This document shows, piece by piece, positions 11,175 through 21,953 of a stretch of 64,000 nucleotides of DNA. Position 1 is the stretch's first letter, and every line of letters begins with the position of its first letter. Source of the DNA: Planctomycetota bacterium (GTDB lineage: Bacteria; Planctomycetota; UBA1135; UBA2386). The stretch covers positions 5,728,001-5,792,000 of the forward strand of contig OZ245006.1 in NCBI GenBank assembly GCA_965223545.1. The letters are read 5' to 3'. The position numbers were made by a program, and so were the translations under genes. Under the pieces are notes generated by a model that saw only the letters and a list, made by a program, of their open reading frames with translations, did not search any database and was not told the DNA's origin.

Positions 11175-12103
11175 GGGGGGGGCCGAACACTTCCGCCTGC
11201 CTCGTGGCGAGCCTCGCCGACCACCAGCCGCACGCGGCGGTCGGTGAGCGCGATGTGCAGCGGCGTGTGGAAGCCGCCGTCGCCGTCGAGATGCGCGGGC
11301 TCGGGCACCGGGCTGTCGATGGTGACTGGGCCGTCGGTGCGCAGGTGGATCAGGTGGCGCGAAGGTCGCAGCCGGCCGGTCCGGCCGGCTGCGCCGAGTG
11401 AAAGGTAGCGCAGCGGGCCGCAGCGCGGGATCGCCACGATGTGCAGGCAGTCGTCGCGCGGGTCGATGCCGGCCGGCAGGCGAATGCCATTGGCGTAGTG
11501 GCCGACGCGGGTGACGAGCACCTGACCGAGGCCTTCGATGCGGCGACCGTCGACGGTGGCCGCCAGGTCTGCCTGCGGGCGGCCCCAAAGCTCGCACAGC
11601 GTCGGCCACAGCCACTGCCGCATGCCGCCCTTGCCACCGCGCCGTGCGCGGCGCACCTCGACGCGCTCGACGATGCGGGCGTCGACGCCGGCGCCGGCGA
11701 ACAAGAAGAACAGCCGCTCGCCGCAGCGCGCCAGCCGAGTCTCGATGGTATGGCTGGCGGCGATCGCGGCGGCGCAGCCGCCGGCGTCGCGCGGCAGCGC
11801 CGCGGCCTGCGCCCAGACGTTGGCGGTGCCCGACGGCAAGACGGCCACCGGGGGGCTGTCCGGGGCGAGGCCGTTGAGCACGTCGGCCACTGAGCCGTCG
11901 CCGCCGACAACGGCCACGGCGCGCCGCTCGGCGTCGGGTGGCAGGGCTTTGGCCGCGGCGGTGCCGTCGCGGTCGGGCGTGGTTTCGACCAGCTCGGGTT
12001 GTAGGCCGATGGCGGTCAGTGCGTCGGCGAGGGCGCGGGCGCGCGCCGCGCCGCGTCCGCCGCCGGACACGGGGTTGGCGATGATGGTCACGCGACCCGG
12101 CAT
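11171..12103 (-). CDS. Diacylglycerol/lipid kinase family protein (YegS/DagK-like)
   Basis: IIANPVSGGG, VGGDGSV, LPSGTANVWA, AGAGVDA, HLDGD. Confidence 0.9.
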   Translation of the reverse strand: MPGRVTIIANPVSGGGRGAARARALADALTAIGLQPELVETTPDRDGTAAAKALPPDAERRAVAVVGGDGSVADVLNGLAPDSPPVAVLPSGTANVWAQAAALPRDAGGCAAAIAASHTIETRLARCGERLFFLFAGAGVDARIVERVEVRRARRGGKGGMRQWLWPTLCELWGRPQADLAATVDGRRIEGLGQVLVTRVGHYANGIRLPAGIDPRDDCLHIVAIPRCGPLRYLSLGAAGRTGRLRPSRHLIHLRTDGPVTIDSPVPEPAHLDGDGGFHTPLHIALTDRRVRLVVGEARHEAGGSVRPPP

Positions 12104-12146
12104 GGCCGGTTGACGTAGCCGGGGCGGGCGCCTACGTCAACGCACG

Positions 12147-12974
12147 ATGCCCGACCCGACCTCCCCGCCCGCCCCCGATCTGGTGCTACTGACCGGCGCG
12201 ACCGGCTACTTGGGGCGCCTTCTGCGCGATGCTCTGCTCCAGCGCGGCCTGTGCGTGCGCTGCGCCGGCCGCCACCCGGCCGCCGACGTATCGCTGGACC
12301 TGTCCGCCCCGGCCGCCGTCGCGCGCGCGGTGGCGGCCAGCGGCGCCGACTTGGTGATCAACGCCGCGGCGCTGTCGACGATGGGGGGCTGCGATGCCGA
12401 CCCGGACCTCGCGCGCGCGGTCAACACCGACGCCGTGCGTGCCATGGCCACCGCGGGTCCCCGGGTGCTGCAGGTCTCGACCGACCTCGTGTTCGACGGC
12501 GATCACGCGCCGTACGCGGCGCACGCGGCGCCGCGCCCGACCAGCGTCTACGGCCGCACCAAGGCTGCGGCGGAGGAGGCGGTGGTCGCGGCCGGCGGCG
12601 TTGTGGCGCGCATTCCGCTGCTGTTCGGCCCGAGTGTCGACGGCGGGCGGGGCGCCACCGACATGATCCGCCGCGCGACCGGCACGGTCCGCCTGTTCCG
12701 CAACGAGTTCCGCACCCCCATGCACGTCGCCGACGCCGCGCGCGGCCTGGTCGAGCTGGCCCTGGAGCCGGTGCGCGGCACCGTTCGCCACCTCGCCGGT
12801 CCCGAGTCCCTGTCGCGGCTGGCGTTGGGCGAGCGTTTCGTTGTGGCCGCGGGCTTGCGCGATGCCCGCATCGAGGGCGTGGACTGCAGTGACCCGGCAC
12901 GGCCGCGCGACGTGTCGCTGCGCACCGATTGGGACTGCGGCCGCAGCTTGGACGAAGCGCTGGCTGCGTCTTGA
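12147..12974 (+). CDS. RmlD-like extended SDR (dTDP-4-dehydrorhamnose reductase family)
   Basis: LTGATGYLG, INAAA, STDLVFDG, YGRTK. Confidence 0.85.
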   Translation: MPDPTSPPAPDLVLLTGATGYLGRLLRDALLQRGLCVRCAGRHPAADVSLDLSAPAAVARAVAASGADLVINAAALSTMGGCDADPDLARAVNTDAVRAMATAGPRVLQVSTDLVFDGDHAPYAAHAAPRPTSVYGRTKAAAEEAVVAAGGVVARIPLLFGPSVDGGRGATDMIRRATGTVRLFRNEFRTPMHVADAARGLVELALEPVRGTVRHLAGPESLSRLALGERFVVAAGLRDARIEGVDCSDPARPRDVSLRTDWDCGRSLDEALAAS

Positions 12975-12991
12975 TGGCGGTGGGGACCGGT

Positions 12992-13022
12992 GAAGTGATG
13001 AATCGGAGCCAGGCTCCGTACT
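12992..13022. repeat. REP-like palindrome family 2, copy 1 (inverted)
   Basis: Reverse complement AGTACGGAGCCTGGCTCCGATTCATCACTTC is 30/31 identical to 19230-19260. Confidence 0.8.
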
Positions 13023-13023
13023 T

Positions 13024-13557
13024 TCAGCCTCGGGTGATCTCCCAGACTTCGGGGCCGAGGTAGTCCCAGGGCAGGCGGCCCTCGTCGCACTGGTCGTCGG
13101 TGGAGAACTGCACGTCGACCATGTAGATGATGCGCGCGGTGGAGTCGCCGATGTTGCGGCAGCCGTGCGCCACCCCCGGCGGAATGCGCACTAGCCGGCT
13201 GTTGCCGTCGCCGAGCACGAAGCGCATCGTGGTGCCCTCGGACGGCGAGCCCTCGCGGCAGTCGTGCAGCACCAGCAGCAGCTTGTCGCTGGGCGGCACG
13301 TACCACACGTCGGTTTGCCGGCGGTGCAGGTGGTAGGCCTTGATGGCGCCGGCGCCGAGCTCGCTGTAGTTGATCTGTCGGGCCTCGAAGCCGGGCAGCT
13401 GGGCGTGTTGGCCCGCGGTCAGCCGGCCCAGCTCGGTCATCGCGCCGCCGTCGTCGTTGAAGCGGCGCAGCTCGACGGTCTCGACGTCGGCGATGCGCTG
13501 CGTGCCGGAGTAGTCCTGCACGCTGTAGGCGGCGCGCGCTCGGTCGTTGAGTTCCAC
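13024..13557 (-). CDS. RmlC-like dTDP-4-dehydrorhamnose 3,5-epimerase family cupin
   Basis: RRFNDDGG, QINYS..GAIKAYHLH..QTD, IPPGVAHG, DEGRLPWD. Confidence 0.85.
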   Translation of the reverse strand: MELNDRARAAYSVQDYSGTQRIADVETVELRRFNDDGGAMTELGRLTAGQHAQLPGFEARQINYSELGAGAIKAYHLHRRQTDVWYVPPSDKLLLVLHDCREGSPSEGTTMRFVLGDGNSRLVRIPPGVAHGCRNIGDSTARIIYMVDVQFSTDDQCDEGRLPWDYLGPEVWEITRG

Positions 13558-13621
13558 TTTGGGGTTCGCTGGCGGGGGTCTCGAAGGAGTGCCTTGAGGC
13601 CTTGCGTCCCCGGCCCCGGCC

Positions 13622-15454
13622 TCACTCCGGCAGGCGCCAGGGCTTGGCCGCGTCGGGCGCGCTGTCGAGCTTCAGCTCGATCGAGAACGGCAGGCTCTTG
13701 CTCTTGCTCTTCTCGGACCACTGCACCCACAACTTGACCTTGACGCGGTCCTTGCCGTCGACGGCGTCCAGCGCGAACGTCGTGTCCTTCGGCTTGCCGC
13801 TCGCGCTGACGTCGTCGGTTTCGAACGCCGCCAGGCACTCGCCGTCGTTGTTGCGCACGAGGATCATGCTCTTGGTGGTGTCGATCTTGCGCTTGCCGAT
13901 CACCACGTGCTTGATCTTGGCGGCGGCGTCCTTCTCGGCCAGATCGTCCTCGGTGATGCCGTAGCGCTGCACGATCCCCTTCCACTTGCCCTCTTCTTCC
14001 TCGGGTGGCTCCTGCCCCGCGGCCTCGGCCTTGCGCCGCGCCATCACCGCGCGGTTGCCGACCTTGATCGCATCGACCAGCTCCTTGGGCATGCCCTTCT
14101 GCCGGAACGCGAGCAGGTACGTGCCCGGCTCGAGCTCCGGCTCGGCCAGCTTGACCGAGGAAACCAGGACCCCGAAGGCGATCGGGCGCTCCTGCAGCGT
14201 TTCGCGCAGCTTGCCGAGAGCGGGCGTGCCGTCGATGGCCAGATGGTTGTACGGCACGATGGCGATCGCGCTGTAGCCCTTGATCAGGCGGCCGTCCTCG
14301 CCGAGGTCGTAGCGCTCGATGCCGACCTGGCGGTCCATCGCCGCCGATTGCCCTTCGCCGTAGTTGTTGGGATCGAACTCGAGCGCGATGCGCGAGCGGG
14401 CCATGTCGCGCGCCGGCGCGTGGGTCTTGGCGAGGCGGAAGCCGACGCCCTCGATGGTCTGCGTGGTGCCGAGGTAGGCGCGGGTCTGGACCCGCAGCTC
14501 GGCGGGGTCCTGCCACGAGAAGTAGCTCGCTCCCTTGGTGACGCCGGCGGCGCCCTTGAAGTCGGGCTCCTCGAGCTTCTCCTCGAACTTCTTCTTCTTG
14601 AGGCGGTCGAGCTCGCGCCGGTAGAGGTCGTCGCCGTTGACCGGGTAGTAGACGGCCACGTCGGTCCACTCCCAGACGTTGCCGACCATGTCTTCGTGGC
14701 CGAACGGCCCGCGCGCCAACTCGCCGAGCTCGCCGACGCGCTTGATCTTCTGCTCGCGCGGGCTGGCGATGCGCAACTTTTTCAGCCAGTCGCGCTCCCA
14801 TTCGTCGCCCCAGAGGAATTGCCGCGGTTCGGCACCGGTGGCGGCGAACACCCATTCGGCCTCGGTCGGCAGGCGGGTGCCGGCCCAGGCGGCGAACGCC
14901 AAGGCATCGCGCCGCGAGACGAAGGTCACCGGAAACTGCTCTTGACCCTCGGGGATCGCGTACGGCAGGTCGCGGTAGTACTGCTCCCAATAGAACATCT
15001 CGGGGCCGGTCTCACCGGGGTAGGCCTCCTTGGCCTTGACCCGCATCGCCTCGAAATGATCGGGCTTGCCTTCCTTCCACCAGTGGTAGGGGAACCGGTG
15101 GCCGGTCGCCTTGACGAACTCCAGGTACTGTTCGTTGGTCACCGGGTAGCGGCTGAGGAAGTACGAGTCGACCTCGTGCTCCTTTGCGCCCAGCTCGGAC
15201 ATCAGCTTGCGCAAGAGCCTCATCTTGCGCTTCTCGTCGCGCGGCTGGAACACCTCGACGGTGTCCCACAGCGCGTCGGCTTCGGTGCCGACGGTGACTT
15301 TGCCGTCGGGCACTTCGATCAAGCTGGACGGCAGCTCCGGCGGAGGAGCGGCGATGGCTTGGGATTGTGCGAGCAGGGGAGAGCCGAGGCCGAGAAGGGC
15401 GAAGCCCAGGGCCGGGGCGGACGCTGCCATGATGGCGGTGGTCGGGAGACGCAT
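13622..15454 (-). CDS. Secreted SUMF1/FGE-sulfatase-domain protein
   Basis: Signal peptide; YPVTNEQY, PVTFVS..DA.AFA.W...RLPTEAEW, DMVGNVWEW, GFRLA. Confidence 0.85.
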   Translation of the reverse strand: MRLPTTAIMAASAPALGFALLGLGSPLLAQSQAIAAPPPELPSSLIEVPDGKVTVGTEADALWDTVEVFQPRDEKRKMRLLRKLMSELGAKEHEVDSYFLSRYPVTNEQYLEFVKATGHRFPYHWWKEGKPDHFEAMRVKAKEAYPGETGPEMFYWEQYYRDLPYAIPEGQEQFPVTFVSRRDALAFAAWAGTRLPTEAEWVFAATGAEPRQFLWGDEWERDWLKKLRIASPREQKIKRVGELGELARGPFGHEDMVGNVWEWTDVAVYYPVNGDDLYRRELDRLKKKKFEEKLEEPDFKGAAGVTKGASYFSWQDPAELRVQTRAYLGTTQTIEGVGFRLAKTHAPARDMARSRIALEFDPNNYGEGQSAAMDRQVGIERYDLGEDGRLIKGYSAIAIVPYNHLAIDGTPALGKLRETLQERPIAFGVLVSSVKLAEPELEPGTYLLAFRQKGMPKELVDAIKVGNRAVMARRKAEAAGQEPPEEEEGKWKGIVQRYGITEDDLAEKDAAAKIKHVVIGKRKIDTTKSMILVRNNDGECLAAFETDDVSASGKPKDTTFALDAVDGKDRVKVKLWVQWSEKSKSKSLPFSIELKLDSAPDAAKPWRLPE

Positions 15455-15597
15455 CGGCAAATGGAGAGTCGGTGGGGGAGGGGCCGCGAGAAGGTATCAG
15501 GGTGGATCGCCAGCCGCCAGACCGGGGGTGCCGGACACCCTCTGGTGCCCTTAAGTGCCCGTGGGGCGGCGCAGCGCGGCTCTCGGCCGCTTCTCTC

Positions 15598-16605
15598 CTA
15601 GAACAAGTGCCCCGGCTGGTTTGAGAAAAAACTCAGGCCCGAGCGCTCGAGGCCGTCGGCCACCAGGTGCGCCAGATCGGGGTCGAAGTGCTTGCCGGCC
15701 TGATCGCGGAAGAAATCGACGATGCGCGGCACCTCCCACGCCTGCTTGTACGACCGCGTCGAGCGCAGCGCGTCGAACACCTCGGCCAACACCAGGATGC
15801 GGCCCGGCAGCTCCACCTCCTCGCCGGCGAGTCTCTCGGGGTAGCCCTTGCCGTCCCAGCGCTCGTGGTGCTGATACACCCAGCGCCGGGCGCGCTCGTG
15901 TCCCTCCAACGGCGCCAGGATCTCGTAGCCCATCTTCGGGTGGCGCTTGACCACCTCGCGCTCGTCCGGCGTGAGCGGCCCCTCTTTGCCGAGAATGCTC
16001 TGCGGGATGCCGATCTTGCCGACGTCGTGCAGCAAGCTCGCCAGCCGCAGCGCCTCGTATTCGCTCTCATCGAGGCGGCAGTGGCGCGCCAGCGTCTCGG
16101 AATAGCCGACCACCCGCTCGCTGTGGCCCGCGGTCATCGGGTCGTTGACCTCGATGCAGCGCGGTACGATGTCGGTGAGCACGCGCAGCTGGGCTTGCAG
16201 GCGCTCGTTGCGCCGCCGGATCGACCACTCGTCGATCGCCCAGCGGCACGCCGACAACAGTGTCTCTGGGGGGCAGGGTTTGACGACGATCTGTCGGACC
16301 TGCGACCGGATCGCCTCGTGCGCGCCCTCGAGCGTGGGGTTGCCGGTGACCAAGATCACCGGCACGGGCGGCTGTTTGGCGCGCGCCATCTCGGCGACTT
16401 CGTAGCCCAGCGCGTTGCCGTCGAGGTAGAGGTCGGTGAGGACCAGATCGAGGGGCTGGTTGGCCAGCGCGGCCCGGGCTCCGGCGAGATCGGCGTGGCA
16501 CAGCACGTCGTAGCCGGCGTCGGCGAGCACCTGGCCGAAGAACGCGAGTGCATCGGGATCGTCGTCGACCGCGAGGATCCGGTGGCGCGGCGGGGCGGGC
16601 TTCAA
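15598..16605 (-). CDS. Response regulator with HD-GYP phosphodiesterase domain
   Basis: REC (VDDD, LTD, VKP) plus HSERV, LHDVGK, HHERWDGKGYP. Confidence 0.92.
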   Translation of the reverse strand: MKPAPPRHRILAVDDDPDALAFFGQVLADAGYDVLCHADLAGARAALANQPLDLVLTDLYLDGNALGYEVAEMARAKQPPVPVILVTGNPTLEGAHEAIRSQVRQIVVKPCPPETLLSACRWAIDEWSIRRRNERLQAQLRVLTDIVPRCIEVNDPMTAGHSERVVGYSETLARHCRLDESEYEALRLASLLHDVGKIGIPQSILGKEGPLTPDEREVVKRHPKMGYEILAPLEGHERARRWVYQHHERWDGKGYPERLAGEEVELPGRILVLAEVFDALRSTRSYKQAWEVPRIVDFFRDQAGKHFDPDLAHLVADGLERSGLSFFSNQPGHLF

Positions 16606-16735
16606 GAGTGGACGGCGGGAGCGAAGGACTACGCGAGGGCGGGATCATGCCGCAAACCGACCGCCAAAGCCAATTGCCGCGGACCGCGCCGGCCACCTCG
16701 TTGCGGCGCTCCGCCCGAGGTGCAATCCTCTGCGC

Positions 16736-17689
16736 ATGAGCGCGCCGACTCCACTGCGCCGCCGGGTGCCGTCCGAGGCGGAGGGCTGCCGGCTCGATGT
16801 GTTCCTCGCGCGGCAGCCGGAGGTCGGCTCGCGCGCGCTGGCCAAGGCGCTCGTGCAGCAGGGCCATGTCCGTGTCGACCGCGCCGCCTGCAAGCCCGGC
16901 CAGACGCTGAGCGGCGGCCAATCGGTGAGCTTCGTCGTCGTCGAGCCGGTCGACCGCGCGCCGGCGCGCAAGCCGCTGCCGCCGCTCAAGGTGTTGTACG
17001 AGGACCCGTATCTGGCGGTCATCGACAAGCAGGCGGGCGTGCCGGTGCACCCGCCGGAGGCCGGGCGCAGCCACGACGGCGTGGACATCGCGCACATGGC
17101 GGCGGTCCGCTTCGGCCGGCTGCCGACCATCTCGGGCGACGACCGGCCGGGGATCGTGCACCGGCTGGACAAGGACACCACCGGGGTGATGGTGCTGCCG
17201 CGCACCGACGAGGCGTTCCATTTCGTGCAGAGCCAGTTTCGGGCGCGGACCATGACCAAGGAGTACCGCGCGATCTGCTACGGCGATCCGCGCTTCGACT
17301 CGGACTGGGTCGAGCGCAACATCGCCGTGCACCCCAAGCGCGACTGCATGATGGTCACCGACGAGGGCGGCAAGGAGGCGTCGACCTTCTGGCAAGTGCT
17401 GGAGCGGTTCGGCGACCTCAGCTGGATGCGCTGCCAGCCGAAGACCGGCCGCACGCATCAGATCCGCGTCCACATGGCCAGCATCGGGCACGCGTTGGTG
17501 GGCGATCGCATCTACAAGCGGCACCGCGCCAACGACCGCCTGCCGGCAGAGGCACCCGACCCCGGCCGGCAGTGCCTGCATGCCTACCGCCTGGTCTTGA
17601 AGCACCCGCGCACCCACGAGGACATGGTCTTCGAAGCGCCACTCCCCGCCGACATCCAGCGGCTGCTCAACTGGCTGCGGTCCCGCTGA
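16736..17689 (+). CDS. RluA/RluD-family pseudouridine synthase with S4 domain
   Basis: RLDVFL, IVHRLDKDTTG, KTGRTHQIRVH, LHAYRL..HP. Confidence 0.93.
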   Translation: MSAPTPLRRRVPSEAEGCRLDVFLARQPEVGSRALAKALVQQGHVRVDRAACKPGQTLSGGQSVSFVVVEPVDRAPARKPLPPLKVLYEDPYLAVIDKQAGVPVHPPEAGRSHDGVDIAHMAAVRFGRLPTISGDDRPGIVHRLDKDTTGVMVLPRTDEAFHFVQSQFRARTMTKEYRAICYGDPRFDSDWVERNIAVHPKRDCMMVTDEGGKEASTFWQVLERFGDLSWMRCQPKTGRTHQIRVHMASIGHALVGDRIYKRHRANDRLPAEAPDPGRQCLHAYRLVLKHPRTHEDMVFEAPLPADIQRLLNWLRSR

Positions 17690-17827
17690 CGCGTCGGTCC
17701 GTTCCGCCGGTCGCGCGCGGTGGGCTCGGCCGCATCGCCGGGTCAGCCCCGAGGCGTGTGGAATGCCGGTGGGGACCCTTCGCGTTCGGTGGGAGCCGAG
17801 GTAAGGTCGCCGCTCCGGGTCGGATGA

Positions 17828-19225
<1,398 letters not shown>

Positions 19226-19229
19226 CGAC

Positions 19230-19260
19230 AGTACGGAGCCTGGCTCCGTTTCATCACTTC
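19230..19260. repeat. REP-like palindrome family 2, copy 2
   Basis: GTA + CGGAGCC-T-GGCTCCG palindrome immediately after the gdhA stop. Confidence 0.8.
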
Positions 19261-19330
19261 GCCACCCGGTACCCGCCGCGGTTCAGCTCACCCCACCGCG
19301 CTGCCGATATCCGAACCGGAGGTCGGTGGA

Positions 19331-21871
19331 GTGGAGGCGCCAAGCTTGTTCGGCGGCGCGCGGCTGCGGGCCGCGGTCCCCGTAGAAGGTGCGTTGTGCT
19401 GGGTACTGCTGGCCGCTGCGGCGGCCTGCAGCGCCGGTGGAGGTGCGGCGCCGCTGAGCAGCGCGGTCTCCTCGCTGTCCGCGCCCGCCCAGGTGCGCGG
19501 TGACGTGACCATCGACTTCGTGTTGACCGCTCCGGTCGCGACGACGCACGACCTCCTCGTCGAGGTGTCGCGGGACGGCGGCCTGCGCTGGTCGCCGGCG
19601 CGCACCCGCGCCGGCACGACCGGCTTGACGTCGACCCCGGCGGGCGCCGCGCACTCGCTGGTCTGGGACTCGCTCGCCGACGCTGGCTTTCGCGATACGA
19701 CGGGAGTGCGCCTCCGCCTCACGCCGGTGCGCGGTGGGTCGCGCGGTACCGCGGCCGTGGTCGATTTGCCGCCGGCAGACAACCTCGCGCTGGCGGCCGC
19801 CGCGGTGCGGACCTACATGGTGCACTACGGTGCGTTGTCCGCCGCCGAGATCGCGCTGGCCGAGCAGCACGACCTGGTCATCGTCCATCCGTTTGCCGGT
19901 GCGCTCGATGTCGCCACGGTGGATGCCATCAAGGACGGGGTCGACCCCGACGACCCGGCCGACGACGTCCTGGTGCTGGCCTACATCTCGATCGGCGAGG
20001 ACCTGCGCACCATCGGCTGGACGGACGCGCAGCTGCTGACCGATCCCCGCTTCGTCGGTGACGGAAGTGGACCGCGGATCGACCCGCGCGGGCCCAACGC
20101 CGATGGCCAACCGCTCACCGGCATCGATCCGCTCGGCATCCCGTCCAACGGCGGCACCGGCTACGCCTCGTGGTTCCTGGACGACAACTCGGTCGACAAC
20201 AGCGGCACCGGCACCGGCGACGGCCTCCCGGACCGCAATGCGATCTTCGGTGGCGCGTTCGCCAACGCCGGCGATCCGCAGTGGTTCGACGTGCTCGACC
20301 AGATGCTGTTCGACGGCCTGGATGGCGTGCCCGGCATGGCAGAGCTGCTGACCGCGGGCGCTGGGCGCGGCTACGCCTGCGACGGCTTGTTCCTCGACAC
20401 CGTCGACACCTGCGCCCCCAACAGCTTCACCAACGCGAGCAGCTTCAATCAGTCCGAGTTCGAGTGGACCGCGCCCGGCTTCCGCGACTTCATGGCTCGC
20501 CTCGAGCAGCGCTACCCCGACAAGCTGGTGCTGCAGAACCGCGGTCTGTTCTTATACGACCCGCGGCACCCGCACATGGCGGTCAACCCGCGGGCGCACG
20601 TCGACTTCGTCATGTTCGAGAGCTTCCGCCTCAACTCGAACAAGAGCGAAGAGTTCCACTTCTGGTTCTATCCCGACAACCGGTTCAACGCCGCGCCCAA
20701 GCTGGTCGCGGAGGCGGCCCGCAACGACGGTTTCATCGTGCTGTCCCTGGGGTATGCCGAGGGACCGGCCGCCACCATGAGCACCGCCACTCTGGTCGGC
20801 GGTTCCACGCTGGGGCACGCCTCGCTGCTCGAGGACATCACCGTCACCCAGGACGAGCTCGGCTTCCGGCACTACCTCACCGACGATCTGTTGCAGCTGG
20901 CGAACCGGTTCGTGCTCGACAACGGCCGCCTAGACGACGGCCTGCCGCCGCGCTGGAGCAGCACCTACAACGACAACGACCGCACGTTCCCCACTCCACC
21001 CGAGGCGCCGACCCCGCGGGTCGGCGTGCAAGAGGTCGTCGCCGGCCCCGGGTGCGCGATCGTGCGCTGGGACGTCGCCGTCGACTTCGACCGCGTGTCC
21101 TACACCTTGTACTACGACGACCAGCCGCTGGACTTCGCCGGCGATCCCGACCTGGCAGCGGCCACCGCGATCACCGTGGTCCCCGAACAGGCCGATGGCT
21201 ACGCCACCAGCTACGGGCCGACGGTGTTCGCCAACCAAACCACCGTGACCGGATTGACCAGCGGCACGCGCTACTACTTCTGTCTGCGCGCGGCGGACGC
21301 CCGCGGCAACGAGGAGAAGAACCAGGTCGAGCACAGCGCCGTGCCCCTCGGCCTCACCACCATCGCCATCGATGGCGACTTCGCGGACTGGGCCGGGGTG
21401 CCGGCGCAGCACGACGACCCCGCCGACTCGCCGGACTCCGCCGGCCCAGACTGGCTGTCACTGTCCGTCGCCAACGACACCCAGAACCTCTACGTCCGCT
21501 TCGGCTCCGAGCACGCCTTCAATCTGGATGGATCGCCGGCCTACGGCTTCTCTCGCACGCTCATCATGATCGACGTCGACGATGACCCCGCCACCGGCTA
21601 CGCGGCGACGGGTGCGGTCGGCAGCGAGTTGTTGGTGTTCGGCAGCGATCTCTACGCGCAGGCGGCGGGTGTCTTCAACGCCGGCTACCTCACCGCCCTG
21701 AGCGTGGCGCCGACCACGGCGATCACCGATTGCGAGCTGGCCATCCCGCTCGCCGAGATCTACGCCGCGCACCCGACGGCCTCGCGCCTGCGCCTGCTGT
21801 TCCTCAACGACGACGTGTTCGACTGGGCGCCCGACAGCGGCAGCGTGCAGTACACCATCGTGACACCGTGA
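19331..21871 (+). CDS. Lipoprotein with GH114/PelA-like TIM barrel, FN3 domain and C-terminal beta-sandwich
   Basis: Lipobox-like AAAAC; VLAYISIGED, DGLFLDTVD, LVLQNRG, VMFES; FN3 VTGLTSGTRYYFCLRAADARGN; IDGDFADW. Confidence 0.7.
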   Translation: MEAPSLFGGARLRAAVPVEGALCWVLLAAAAACSAGGGAAPLSSAVSSLSAPAQVRGDVTIDFVLTAPVATTHDLLVEVSRDGGLRWSPARTRAGTTGLTSTPAGAAHSLVWDSLADAGFRDTTGVRLRLTPVRGGSRGTAAVVDLPPADNLALAAAAVRTYMVHYGALSAAEIALAEQHDLVIVHPFAGALDVATVDAIKDGVDPDDPADDVLVLAYISIGEDLRTIGWTDAQLLTDPRFVGDGSGPRIDPRGPNADGQPLTGIDPLGIPSNGGTGYASWFLDDNSVDNSGTGTGDGLPDRNAIFGGAFANAGDPQWFDVLDQMLFDGLDGVPGMAELLTAGAGRGYACDGLFLDTVDTCAPNSFTNASSFNQSEFEWTAPGFRDFMARLEQRYPDKLVLQNRGLFLYDPRHPHMAVNPRAHVDFVMFESFRLNSNKSEEFHFWFYPDNRFNAAPKLVAEAARNDGFIVLSLGYAEGPAATMSTATLVGGSTLGHASLLEDITVTQDELGFRHYLTDDLLQLANRFVLDNGRLDDGLPPRWSSTYNDNDRTFPTPPEAPTPRVGVQEVVAGPGCAIVRWDVAVDFDRVSYTLYYDDQPLDFAGDPDLAAATAITVVPEQADGYATSYGPTVFANQTTVTGLTSGTRYYFCLRAADARGNEEKNQVEHSAVPLGLTTIAIDGDFADWAGVPAQHDDPADSPDSAGPDWLSLSVANDTQNLYVRFGSEHAFNLDGSPAYGFSRTLIMIDVDDDPATGYAATGAVGSELLVFGSDLYAQAAGVFNAGYLTALSVAPTTAITDCELAIPLAEIYAAHPTASRLRLLFLNDDVFDWAPDSGSVQYTIVTP

Positions 21872-21953
21872 CGATTCGGCCGCTGCCGCCAGCGGCGAGG
21901 CGTTCGAGAATGTTGTCGCCAGGCGAGACCCCTCGCACCCAGAATTGCGTGCC

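Noticed and set aside
12147..13557. A complete rml (dTDP-rhamnose) operon
   Set aside because: Only divergent RmlD-like and RmlC-like genes, convergently oriented; no rmlA/rmlB, so symbols were not assigned
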